DNA from: an uncultured Actinomycetes bacterium
GTDB lineage: Bacteria > Actinomycetota > Thermoleophilia > Gaiellales > JAICJC01
Assembly: GCA_963729195.1 (NCBI GenBank)
Contig: CAVSNF010000025.1
Coordinates: 94,438 to 158,437, forward strand
DNA: 64,000 nucleotides
Direction: 5' to 3'
The position numbers and the translations under genes were made by a program. This document shows, in pieces, positions 19,248 through 29,067 of this stretch; positions within the stretch are counted from its first letter, which is position 1; each line of letters opens with the position of its first letter. The notes beneath the pieces were generated by a model. The model saw only the letters and a list, made by a program, of their open reading frames with translations. It did no database searches and was not told the origin of the DNA.

Positions 19248-19647
19248 GAATCGATTCTGGCATCGCGGCGTCTCGAGAACGTTACGAACTCAGCGGCCGA
19301 ATCCCGCCCGCATGACGGTGATCGGGGCGACGCGGACGCCGGCCATGCGCTCGAGGGCGGCATCGCACAGCACCACCCCCGGATCGATTCCCGCTAACTG
19401 CGATCGCGCCCGCTGTTACAACTTGACACGTTCCCAGGGGCGTGCTCTACTCCGGCGGTGCCTGAGGGACGACCGCTCCGTAGGAGCGGCAGTGCGCACG
19501 CGCCTCCGCCCTGGTGTTGATGGGTGACCTGGCGTACCCTGCGACAGATCCAGGAAACCAAATGGACACATCTCGACTTCCTGGTCAAACGCTCGTAGGG
19601 TTAAGCGATAGCCCCAAATGTTCGCTCCGACCGGAGGATCCCTGTAG

Positions 19648-20349
19648 ATGGACGCTACAACCCGATTCGACGCTGTGGCACCAGAGACGTGCCGCATCTT
19701 TCTCGTACGCCACGGGCGCACCGTGATGAACACCCAGGTGCGGTTTCGAGGTCGCCTCGAAGTACCGCTTGACGAAGTTGGCCGCCAGGAGGCGTGGGAC
19801 GCCGCCCACGGCCTCAGCGACGCCAATATCAGCGCCGTCTACAGCAGCCCGCTGCGGCGCGCGGTCGAGGTTGGAGAAGCGATCACGTCGGTGTCCGAAG
19901 CCGGTGCGGTGATCCCCTTGCCGAACCTGGTGAACCTCGACTACGGCGTGTGGGAAGGGTTGACCAAGGAAGAGTCGATCGAGCACGACCCGAAGGCCTT
20001 TGACCTCTACCTGAAGCAGCCTGAGGTTGCTGTCTGCCCCGAGGGAGAAGCCGTCGCGAACGCCGCCGATCGGGTGGTCGCCGCCCTCAAGGAGATCGGC
20101 AAGGCGCACGCCAACGGCAGCAGCGTTGCGGCCGTCTCGCACGGCGTGATGGTGCGCCTGGCGGTGCTGCGCGTCGCCGGCGCGACCGAGCACGACTGGC
20201 AGTTTGCGATGCCGACGGCATCGGCCGTGGTGTTCGACGTCACCGACGATCGCATCTCGCTGGCCCAGCCGGTCGATCGCAGCGATCCCGATCCGCGCAA
20301 GTCAGGTACCTACCTGTTCGCCCCGTCGTCGATCAAGGCTGCCTCTTGA
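19648..20349 (+). CDS. Histidine phosphatase family protein
   Basis: LVRHGRT, YSSPLRRA, DYGVWEG, VSHG; GGAGG RBS. Confidence 0.9.
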   Translation: MDATTRFDAVAPETCRIFLVRHGRTVMNTQVRFRGRLEVPLDEVGRQEAWDAAHGLSDANISAVYSSPLRRAVEVGEAITSVSEAGAVIPLPNLVNLDYGVWEGLTKEESIEHDPKAFDLYLKQPEVAVCPEGEAVANAADRVVAALKEIGKAHANGSSVAAVSHGVMVRLAVLRVAGATEHDWQFAMPTASAVVFDVTDDRISLAQPVDRSDPDPRKSGTYLFAPSSIKAAS

Positions 20350-21327
20350 CCCAACCGGTGCTTGCGACCGGAATGGCGCGATCGGGCGGCAGCTGGATGG
20401 CATTGATGCTGGTGGCCGGCGGCGGAGCAGTGCATCTCAACGAGCCGCTCAACCGGCGCCACCCTCCCGGGCTTTCGCCGGGCATCCTGCGGGTGCCCAA
20501 GCCGCTCTCCTACCAGTACATCGGTGAGCACAACGACGCTCGAGTACGGCCCAGGCTTCGCGGACATGTTCCGGCTGCACTACCACGTCGGCTCGGAGCT
20601 TCGGGCCAACCGATCGCCCTACGACCTGGCCAAGATGGCCAAGTACCTCTCGACCTTCACCGCCGGCCGGATCCGCCACTCGCGGCCGATCCTGGACGAC
20701 CCCTACGCGGTGTTCGCCGCCCGCTGGCTGGCCGATCGGCACTTCTGCCGGGTGGTCTATCTGGTGCGACACCCGGCCGGCATCGTCAGCAGCCTCAAGC
20801 GGATCGGCACGCGCTGGAGCGACAACCTGCCCGACATCGCCGCCCAGCCGGAGCTGAGGGAGGCGTATCTCTCGAACTTCAGCGATGACATCGACCGCAC
20901 GTTGAGCCAGCCGTTCGACGTGGTCGAGCACGGCTGCCTGCTCTACCGGCTGATCCACTCAGCGATCGCCCAGGATGCCGAGCGCCATTCGGATGCGATC
21001 GTCGTCCGCTACGAGGATCTGGCCGAGCAGCCGGTGCCCGAGTTTCGGCAGCTGTACGGCCGTCTGGGCATGGAGTTCGGCGAGCAGGCCGAGACAGCGA
21101 TCAGGACCGCCACCAGTCCGCAGGACTCGCGCCGGAGTAACCCGTGGGGCCGGGTCGGACTGTCCAAGACCGCCTTCCAGCCGATGGACAGCCGCGCCAA
21201 CGCCTGGGCCTGGCGCAAGCGCCTGACCCCGGCCGAGCAGGAGGCTGTGATCGAACGCACCGCCGACGTGGCAGGCCTCTTCTACTCAGACGACGAACTC
21301 TCTGTCGAAGGAATCAGAGCCAAGTGA
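20346..21327 (+). CDS. Sulfotransferase-fold protein (one apparent frameshift near 20540)
   Basis: 5'-PSB-like TGMARSGGSW and NEPLN in the first frame; 3'-PB-like VRHPAGIVSS and VRYEDLAEQP in the second frame. Confidence 0.75.
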
Positions 21328-22664
21328 CGTCTCTCGCAACAGCTGACCTCGCCCATACGCTGATCGCGCTGGCCGCGATCCTTTTGTGCGCGCACGGGAT
21401 GGGCTCGTTGTTCGTGCGGTTCCGCCAGCCCCGGGCGATCGGCGAGATCCTGGGCGGCCTGCTGCTGGGCGCCACCGTGCTGGGTTGGATCTGGCCCTCG
21501 GCACAGGCCTGGATGTTCCCGGTCGACGGCTCCACCTCGATCATCCTCGGCGCCGTGTACCAGCTCGGCCTCTTGCTGTTGCTGTTCATGGCCGGCTCCG
21601 AGCTTCGCACCGTGTTTCACCGTGGCGAGCGACGTACCGTGGCGGCCGTGTTCGCGGCCGGCATGTGCATCCCCTTCGTCGCCGGTCTCGGCATCTCGCA
21701 GGTGATCGATCAGCAGAGCCTGTGGGGCCCCAACGGCAACTCGACCTCATTCGTCTTGGTCTTCTCGATCGCACTGGCGATCACCAGCATCCCGGTGATC
21801 TCGAGGATCATGCACGACCTCGGCATCCTCGACACCGCGTTTGCGCGGGTCGTCCTGGGTGTGGCGGTACTCGAGGATCTGGTGCTGTACGTGGTGCTTG
21901 CGATCGCCATCGGCTACGCCGGTGGAACCGGCGGCACGCTGTTCGGCCTGCCGTCGGCACTCAACATCTCCGGAGGCTCGAACGCGGACATGATCTACCA
22001 CGTCGGGATGACATTGGCGTTCCTGGCGGTGTTCCTGATCGCCGGCCCGCCCGCCTATCGCTGGATCGGCAACCTCGAGATGAACGTGATCCAGCGCGCC
22101 ACGCCGATCGCCCACCAGCTCACCTTCATGATCCTCGCCACCGCCGCCGCGCTGATGCTGGGTCTGGAGGCCTTCTTCGGTGCTTTCGTGGCCGGGATCG
22201 TGGTCGCTGCCACCGAGGACAAGCCGTCCCAGGCCACACTCGCGATCCGCAGCTTCTCACTCGCCTTCTTCATCCCGGTGTACTTCGCCGGAATCGGGCT
22301 GGGGCTCGACCTGATCCACGGATTCGACGTCGTCTTCTTCGTCTGGTTCCTGGTGGCCGCGTGCGCCATCAAGGCCGCCAGCGTGTATCTGGGAGCCCGC
22401 GCAGCGGGCGAGGACAACTTCAGCTCGCTGAACCTGTCGGTCGCCATGAACGCCCGCGGCGGTCCGGGAATCGTGGTCGCATCGACCGCGTTTGCCGCCG
22501 GCATCATCGACCAGAACTTCTTCGCCGTGCTGGTGCTGCTGGCAATCCTCACGTCCCTCGCCGCTGGTGCCTGGCTGGAACGCGTACCCCGCCACCGGCT
22601 CCTGACCCGGGCGGACGAGTCGCCCGCAACCACGGTCACCGAAGAGCCAAACGCCATCGCCTGA
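21324..22664 (+). CDS. Cation:proton antiporter (CPA2, Na+/H+ exchanger family)
   Basis: QPRAIGEILGGLLLG, ITSIPVISRI, LEDL, FFIPVYF, MNARG. GTG start overlaps the upstream stop. Confidence 0.88.
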   Translation: MTSLATADLAHTLIALAAILLCAHGMGSLFVRFRQPRAIGEILGGLLLGATVLGWIWPSAQAWMFPVDGSTSIILGAVYQLGLLLLLFMAGSELRTVFHRGERRTVAAVFAAGMCIPFVAGLGISQVIDQQSLWGPNGNSTSFVLVFSIALAITSIPVISRIMHDLGILDTAFARVVLGVAVLEDLVLYVVLAIAIGYAGGTGGTLFGLPSALNISGGSNADMIYHVGMTLAFLAVFLIAGPPAYRWIGNLEMNVIQRATPIAHQLTFMILATAAALMLGLEAFFGAFVAGIVVAATEDKPSQATLAIRSFSLAFFIPVYFAGIGLGLDLIHGFDVVFFVWFLVAACAIKAASVYLGARAAGEDNFSSLNLSVAMNARGGPGIVVASTAFAAGIIDQNFFAVLVLLAILTSLAAGAWLERVPRHRLLTRADESPATTVTEEPNAIA

Positions 22665-22691
22665 AGTAACGGTGCCAGGCACCGTTATTCA
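22662..22691. repeat. REP-like palindrome, copy 1 (imperfect)
   Basis: TGAAGTAACGGTGCC-A-GGCACCGTTATTCA between convergent genes. Confidence 0.8.
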
Positions 22692-23384
22692 CCCCGGCGA
22701 CGCGCCAGCACGAGTACCAACGCCGCCCCGATCAGGCCGGCCACGACCAGTGCACCGGCGATGATCGCGGTGCGGTTGGCCGAGAAGAACGACTTCGCCG
22801 GAAGTGCCCTCCAGCGCTGGGAGGTTTTGCGGCAGCGGGTGGCCGTTGGCGGTCGCCAGCTTCCGCACCGCGGCACTGGCGGCGTCGGTCAGCGTGTCCG
22901 GAGACGATCCCCCGGGGGCGGCCACCGAGCGCAGCTGCCGGTAGCCGTTGGGCACGCGCTTGCCCCCGTTTTGGGAGATGCCGTAGCCGTTGCTCATGAC
23001 CGTCAACAGCCGCCCTTTGTACGCGAACGCCAGCTCGGCACCCAGGAACTTCGCGTAGGTGCGCGGTTTCCCGATCAGCTGGGGGATCGAGCCGAGGTCC
23101 TGCGGTGCCTGGATCACGGCCACGCGAATCGTGTAGCCCTCGTCGTTGGCCGCCGCCACCAACGCCTTCAGCCGATCGCCGCTGGCGGCGGAGGGCGCGT
23201 TGATGGGCAGGTAGACCTGCTGGGTGAGCAGGTAGTCGCTGGGCGGGTCGCCGTCGGCGAAGCCGGTCACCGCCGATGCCAGGAACAACACCAGCGCAAC
23301 CGCGGCCACGCCCGCGAGAAACGCCGCCACGGCGGCGGCCAGCACGCGGCCCTGACGCTGGTTGTTCGGCGGCTGTGGTGGCAT
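22685..23384 (-). CDS. Conserved exported/membrane-anchored hypothetical protein (frameshift near 22805)
   Basis: Signal/TM, then ADGDPPSDYLL...IRVAVIQAPQDLGSIPQL...YAKFLGAEL. The C-terminal TM anchor plus RRR is in an adjacent frame. Confidence 0.6.
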
Positions 23385-23391
23385 TTTCGGC

Positions 23392-25125
23392 CTATCCCTC
23401 CGCGTGATCCTCGAGCACGATCGTAAACGCCGGGGCGCCACGCGGCTCGATCTGGAACTGGAGACCCCAGTGGCCGACCATCACCAGTGCCGGCCGCACG
23501 AGACGGTAGACGCCGGGGCTGTGCTCACGCATCACGTAGCTCTGCGTACCCATCTCCATGTCGAGCATCAGGAACCGCTGGATCACAGTCGCCTTCTGGA
23601 CGGGGACGCCGTCACGCGACAGCTGGAGCTCGAACTTGTTGGGCGCGGCGGCCTTGTTGGGGGCGATGGTGATGGTCGCCCGGTATGGCCCGTGGTCGAC
23701 GGTCGTGGTCACCGCCCCGGGGCCGACGTGAGCATCGACGGTGCCGATCTCCGCCAGCGCCTTCGCCGGCGGGGGCAGGCTGGTGAGCACCATCGCCGCC
23801 AGCACGATCGCGGTGACCAGCACGACCTCGACGCCCACCACCCGCCGCAGCAGACCGATCGCAGCCGATCCCGACTCGGAGTCGCCCGCCTCGAGTGCCG
23901 CCTTCAGACGCGGCACCGACCGCCGGTTGTTGACGGCAGCGACCAGGATCGTGACCGCCAGGATCGCGATCTTGACCAGGATCGCCTTCCCGTAGGAGGT
24001 CTGCCACAGCGACTGCAGCGTCGGCAGGTGAACGATCGCCGAGCCGGTGCCCGACGCGATCAGGACGATCACCGACACCAAGGCGACCAGTGAGAATCGC
24101 GGCACTGCGTCGCCGAGCACCCGCAGCCGGGCCTCGGGCGGGGTGCGCGCGACGGTCAGCGTGACCGCGATCAGACCTCCAAGCCACACCGATCCCGCGA
24201 CCAGGTGCGTCCAGTCAAGCGCGAGCGAAAGCGCCGCCGGCGATGTCTGCCCGGCGTGGCCGGCGAGGCCCGGGATCACCAGCAGCGCCCCCGCCGCGAT
24301 CACCGCCCCGGTCAGCGCCAGCAGCTCGGCCACCGATCGCTGCTCACGGTCAGGCCGGTCGAGCTTGATCGCGACCAGGGCGGCCAGTCCAAACAGCACC
24401 AGCACCAGCTCGACGTCGACCAGCGCCCGACCCAGGGCCGAGTCGCGGATCAGCGGCACCACCCCGATCACGTCGACGACCGATCGCTGAGCAAACTCGG
24501 CGGTGGTCACCAGCATGTAGAGCGGCGTGGCCACCAGGCCTGCGACGACGGAGACCAGCAGCGCGATGTCGAGGGTGTGGGCGGCGGAGACCGATCCGGT
24601 CAGAGCCCGGCGTGCGATCAGCGCGCGGAAGGCGAACAGCCCAACGGCGATCATCACCGCCAGGAACACCAGCCAGCGGGCCGCCACCAGCTGCGGCGTG
24701 GCGGCCGACTCCGAGAGCGATGGGATCACGAACTGCGGGGCCGCTCCCGGAACCGGACCGACGGCGAAGGTGAACGCGCCCCGGACGGGGTGGCCGTCGG
24801 CAGAGATGGCGCGCCAGTACACCAGGTACCAGCCCTGCGGCAGGTGGCGCACGTTGATCGCAAGCGTGTCGGGGTCGCCCGGGACGGCGTACGGCGACCC
24901 CTGAGTCTGCTGGGTGCCGTTCGCGTCGGTCACCGAGATCACCGCGAAGCGCGGCTCCACGGCCTCGTCGAAGGTGAGCGTGACCCTGGCCGGCGACGCC
25001 GGCACAGTGGCACTGGCCAGGGGCGTGGTCTTCTCCAGCACGGCATGGGCCGAAGCGGCCGCCGGGAACGCCCCGGCGGCCGCGAGCACCACCACAACCA
25101 GTGCGGCCCGTGCCCGGCGGCTCAC
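23392..25125 (-). CDS. Copper resistance CopC/CopD fusion with C-terminal YtkA/FixH-like domain
   Basis: Mature N-terminal HAVL, WRAISADGHPVRG (CopC); GHA, HLVAGSVWLGGL, YGKAILVK (CopD); MLDMEMG. Confidence 0.9.
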   Translation of the reverse strand: MSRRARAALVVVVLAAAGAFPAAASAHAVLEKTTPLASATVPASPARVTLTFDEAVEPRFAVISVTDANGTQQTQGSPYAVPGDPDTLAINVRHLPQGWYLVYWRAISADGHPVRGAFTFAVGPVPGAAPQFVIPSLSESAATPQLVAARWLVFLAVMIAVGLFAFRALIARRALTGSVSAAHTLDIALLVSVVAGLVATPLYMLVTTAEFAQRSVVDVIGVVPLIRDSALGRALVDVELVLVLFGLAALVAIKLDRPDREQRSVAELLALTGAVIAAGALLVIPGLAGHAGQTSPAALSLALDWTHLVAGSVWLGGLIAVTLTVARTPPEARLRVLGDAVPRFSLVALVSVIVLIASGTGSAIVHLPTLQSLWQTSYGKAILVKIAILAVTILVAAVNNRRSVPRLKAALEAGDSESGSAAIGLLRRVVGVEVVLVTAIVLAAMVLTSLPPPAKALAEIGTVDAHVGPGAVTTTVDHGPYRATITIAPNKAAAPNKFELQLSRDGVPVQKATVIQRFLMLDMEMGTQSYVMREHSPGVYRLVRPALVMVGHWGLQFQIEPRGAPAFTIVLEDHAEG

Positions 25126-25709
25126 GTCAGAGATCGTCTCCCCGAGAAGAGCGCAATCCCACCGAGCAGGATGCCCACCGCGCCAAGCACCAGTGCCACG
25201 ATCGCAAGGGTGTTGGACGAACCGCCCAGCGACGACACGCCGTTGACGGTGGGGCTGGGCGTATCCGAGTCCTCAGGCCCGGTCCACTCCACCACGGTGC
25301 CGTCGGAGTAGGTCTGGCGCACGCCGAAGGTATAGGTCTTGGAACCGCCGGTGAGGTCTGCCTGGAACCGAAAGACCGAGTCCTCGTCGGTGGGCACCGC
25401 CCCGCCGGTCCACGTCACCTGATTGATCACCGCATCCTCGCCGGAGCCGGTGGCCTTGACCGTGCGCGTCCATCCGGGTGCGGCCTCGAACGAGTCGATG
25501 GCCACTCCGTCGGGCACGGTGAGCTGGATCTCGGTGGTCGTGGCGCCCTCTTCCTCAGTCGGTACTGCCAGCGTAAATTGCTGCAAAACGCCAGTTTCCG
25601 CGGTGGGTGGACTGATGGCGGCGTGGGCCCACGCGGTTGATGCGAAGCCGAGTGTCGCAAGCAGTGAGAGTGCCGGCACTGAGATCGCTCGGCGAATGAA
25701 TTTGGACAT
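25122..25709 (-). CDS. YcnI/DUF1775 copper-binding membrane-anchored protein
   Basis: AWAH N-terminal His, VPTE, PGWT, VTWTGG, QTYSDGTVVEW, C-terminal TM. Confidence 0.85.
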   Translation of the reverse strand: MSKFIRRAISVPALSLLATLGFASTAWAHAAISPPTAETGVLQQFTLAVPTEEEGATTTEIQLTVPDGVAIDSFEAAPGWTRTVKATGSGEDAVINQVTWTGGAVPTDEDSVFRFQADLTGGSKTYTFGVRQTYSDGTVVEWTGPEDSDTPSPTVNGVSSLGGSSNTLAIVALVLGAVGILLGGIALFSGRRSLT

Positions 25710-25732
25710 GTGGGTGGATCTCCTCGTCGACC

Positions 25733-26591
25733 TCACCGAACGGTGAGGGTGAATGGCGCGGTCAGGATCTTGCCGTCCACCTGGCACTGCAGGAACAGCC
25801 GCCAGATGCCCGCCTCGGGCAGCAGCACCCCCACGTGCAGCACCCCCGGCACGGCCGAGGTGCCCGAGATGCTCGCCCCACCCACGACGTTGGTGCATCC
25901 GGCCAGGCCGGGGGCGCACACGTGGGTGTGGAAGTAGGCGAGGTCGTCCTTGTGGAAGAAGATCGCGTGTGCGAGTGCTCCGTACCACGGGGTGAACTGG
26001 GCCGGCCGCCCGTCCGGATCACGCACGGTGACGGTCACCAGCGCGGCCTCGGCGACACGCAATTTGGGCGGGTTTTGCATGGTGAATCGGTAGCCCTCCG
26101 TGACCACCGTGCGCGAGAACGGCGGCAGCGGCTGGGGGGTGTACTTGCCTCGAACCCTCAGGCTCTGGGTGAGCTGGACGTTTGTGTATCCAGGCCCCTT
26201 GGAGGCGGGGTAGATATCCACCAGCACGTGGTAGGGCCCCGGCTCCGTGAGCGTGACCGGATCACGCACGCGACCGTCCGCTGCGATCGGCGGGTGCCGG
26301 TGGACGATGGTGTGACAGGTCGTCGCGCACCAGGATCACGTGCACCCCGGTGTGGGGACCGGGGCCGGTGCGGTAGTCGACCAAGGGCTTGCCGTTTGGC
26401 TGGATCACCGTGAACGAGACCACGGTGGGCTTGCCCGGGCGCACCGCCGCCACCGGCTGGAACCCGGCGAGCGAGTACTGCCGTGCCGGAGCGATCGACG
26501 GCGGCGCCGGCGAGGAGCTCCCGCCGCCGCAGCCTGCGAGCGCCATGGCCAGGGCCATCGCAGCCAGCGCTGAACCACACAGCCGTTTCAT
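25733..26591 (-). CDS. His-rich putative metal-binding lipoprotein (frameshift near 26310)
   Basis: Lipobox LAGC; PHTGVHVILVRDDLS..HRHP; WYGALAHAIFFHKDDLAYFHTH. Confidence 0.7.
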
Positions 26592-27117
26592 GTGCCCTCC
26601 GGAAAGACGTAGAACCGATGCGGCGGGACGTATCCGCCGAGCTCGACCACGACCTCGGAGTGCGGTCGCAACGCAACCGCCCCCGGCGGGCCGTGGACGC
26701 GTACGGCCGTCCACGTACACCCGCACCGGCCGCCGCAGCCGTGAATCCCGCCAGCCGGCTGCGCGAAAGCGGCTGGCCCCAGATCGCAAACAGCTGCCCG
26801 AGGGTCGCCGCACCACCGGACATGTGGATCACGCCGGTCGGCTCTGTCGTCCACAGCGAGTGCCGGCACCCCTGCCCCACCCCGACCCCGACCGGGATCA
26901 GCAGCGCCCGCCCGTGTGCGAACAGCTCGACATGCGCCGCCGAGACCGCCGAGCGGCCGGTGGTGCAGGCGTCACCGACACCACGCGATGGTGGCCCGGG
27001 TGCGAGCGTATAGGCAGTACCGACTCCGATCGGTGTCGGCACCGCGGCGGTGCTTGAGTTGGGCATCCCGAACGCCGCGGACAACACGGCGAGCAGGACT
27101 GCCAGGGCAGACGTCAT
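26588..27117 (-). CDS. Secreted hypothetical protein (frameshifts near 26690-26730)
   Basis: Signal peptide; AHVELF...IPVGVGV...C...TGVIH...TLGQLFAIWGQPL; VRVYVDG and HSEVVVELG in other frames. Confidence 0.6.
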
Positions 27118-27180
27118 GTTGCTCGGTTCCTCGTCGGTCGAGCGCCCGACCGCGGATGGCGGGCAGGCGCACGGGCACGG

Positions 27181-27738
27181 TCAGTACCGAGGCGGAGGCG
27201 CGCGACCCGAGAACGGGCGGACGACCGGCCGGCGAACCGGGGCCGGCACCAGCGGCGGAGAGATCGGCGGGGAAATCGCGGTGAGCAGCTCGAGGATGCC
27301 GGCGATCACGGCTTCGAGCGCGGCGTAGGCCGAGGCCAGCGCGCGGTCGGCCGAGACCACCACCCAGGCGGCCACGATGGCCAGCACGATGTGAAGCGCG
27401 GGAGCCGCGGTCGCGCCGGCTCCGGCATGCACGCCGGCCGCCAGCAGTCCCACGTGAGCGGCTCCTTGCAGCACAAGCATTGCGGCGACCACGGCGGCAA
27501 ACGGAGCGCGCTCGTATGCGGGCGCGTCGCCGCCACCCCCCGCCAGCGCGACCACGGCAGCGCGCCGCGCGGCCAGGATGCGCGAACCGGCAAACGACAG
27601 TCCGACGGCGGCAACCAGCGCACCGGCAGCGGCCGCAGCCAGCGATCGACCGTCCGCTACACCCGCCGGGCCGGCATGCGCCACCACCGCCGCGACGGCA
27701 GCGAGGCCTGCACCTGTCACCCAGCGTGGATCACGCAT
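27181..27738 (-). CDS. His-containing membrane leader protein ending in RAPP motif
   Basis: Four hydrophobic segments with intramembrane His (VAHAG, AAHVG, VHAG, ALHIV); Pro-rich tail ...FSGRAPPPRY*. Confidence 0.7.
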   Translation of the reverse strand: MRDPRWVTGAGLAAVAAVVAHAGPAGVADGRSLAAAAAGALVAAVGLSFAGSRILAARRAAVVALAGGGGDAPAYERAPFAAVVAAMLVLQGAAHVGLLAAGVHAGAGATAAPALHIVLAIVAAWVVVSADRALASAYAALEAVIAGILELLTAISPPISPPLVPAPVRRPVVRPFSGRAPPPRY

Positions 27739-27798
27739 GGCAGGAGTATGCCACTGCATCCGGCTCATATCGGCAGCGGGTGGCGTTCGCAGGAGGTT

Positions 27799-28461
27799 CT
27801 AGACGGGCAGCTTGCGCGAGTCGAGGTGCACGAGCACCTTGCGCTTGACCCGCTGAAGCGCATTGTCGACCGTCTTTGGGTCGCACTCGAGCCGCTCACC
27901 GATTCGCTCGTAGCTGTGGCCCTCGAGGTAGAGGGTCAGAACCTGTGCTTCGAGCCGCGAGAGCGCTGTGCCGAGGCAATCCAGCAGGCTCTGCAGCTCC
28001 TCGGTGGAGATCACGCACGAGGCCGGATCGTCGACCGTGGGGCCGGGCAGCGCGTCGCCCAGCGTGCAGTCGGTGTCGCCCTCCTGACCGGCGGGCGTGT
28101 GACTGAACGACACATACGTGTTCAGGGGCGCGTGCTTGAAGCGGGTCGCGGTCTTGATCGCGGTGATGATCTGGCGGGTGATGCACAGCTCCGCGAATGA
28201 CCGAAACGACGTCTCCTTGTCGGCACGAAAGTCTCGGACGGCCTTGTACAGGCCGACCAGGCCCTCCTGGATGAGATCGTTGGAGTCGCCGCCGGCAAGG
28301 AAATACGAACTCGCCTTGAGCCGTACAAAGCCTTGATACCGGCGGAGAATCGTGTCCATCGCCCACTCGTCTCCGTTGCGTGCCGATGCGATCAGGGCCA
28401 GTTCGCTTGGCTCCCGCACCGTTCGTTGCATCTGACGGGCTGCCTGTGGGGCTGGGGACAC
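27799..28461 (-). CDS. sigH: RNA polymerase sigma factor, Firmicute Spo0H/SigH type
   Basis: SYFLAGGDSNDLIQEG..GLYKAVRDF, SFRSFAELCITRQIITAIKTATR.KH.PLN, KTVDNALQRVKRK. GTG start with GGAGG RBS. Confidence 0.92.
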   Translation of the reverse strand: MSPAPQAARQMQRTVREPSELALIASARNGDEWAMDTILRRYQGFVRLKASSYFLAGGDSNDLIQEGLVGLYKAVRDFRADKETSFRSFAELCITRQIITAIKTATRFKHAPLNTYVSFSHTPAGQEGDTDCTLGDALPGPTVDDPASCVISTEELQSLLDCLGTALSRLEAQVLTLYLEGHSYERIGERLECDPKTVDNALQRVKRKVLVHLDSRKLPV

Positions 28462-28596
28462 CGATCGACCTCCGGGACTGACAATAGGGGGAAAAGAACG
28501 CTCAAGAAGCTTGAGGCTGACCTTCAAGTTTAACTTGAGGGAACGAACTATACCCAGGAGGGCGGTCATGTCAAGAAACGGAGCCGCCCGAAGCCG

Positions 28597-29067
28597 CTAC
28601 TGGCCACGCCTGATCCGCTCCAAAGCCTCTCTGGTAGCGGGATCCATGGCGTCCGACAGCTGATAGCGCTGGCGTGTTTGGGGGTCTCCGCGGGGTGGTT
28701 CGGGGGCGGCGGCGAGCCGGTCGAGGAACTCTCGAGCACTCATTGCGTGCACTCCACCGCGCTGAGAGACGTGGCGCACCACCGTGTCGTTCGAGACCAC
28801 CGTGACCTCGGAATCGGCGGCGTGACGGTAGGCCAACCGCTCGATCACCGAGTCGGCGGTCTCTCCCCGGGAGTGGCTGATCACGGTCGCGCCCACCGTG
28901 CGGTCGCTGCCCTCGCCGTCCAACACCACCACCGCCCGGACCCCCAACCGGGCCGCCCAGTCGGTGACGTCTGCCGCCAGCCGCTCGCGCAGCAGCGCGT
29001 ACTCACCGCCGCCGCCCCGGGCATGGGTGACGTTGTCGCCGTCGATGATCCAGATCGCGTCAGCCAT
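28597..29067 (-). CDS. NYN-domain ribonuclease (YacP/Rae1-like)
   Basis: IIDGDNV, VVLDG, ETADSVIE, VVSND; located between rlmB and sigH. Confidence 0.8.
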   Translation of the reverse strand: MADAIWIIDGDNVTHARGGGGEYALLRERLAADVTDWAARLGVRAVVVLDGEGSDRTVGATVISHSRGETADSVIERLAYRHAADSEVTVVSNDTVVRHVSQRGGVHAMSAREFLDRLAAAPEPPRGDPQTRQRYQLSDAMDPATREALERIRRGQ

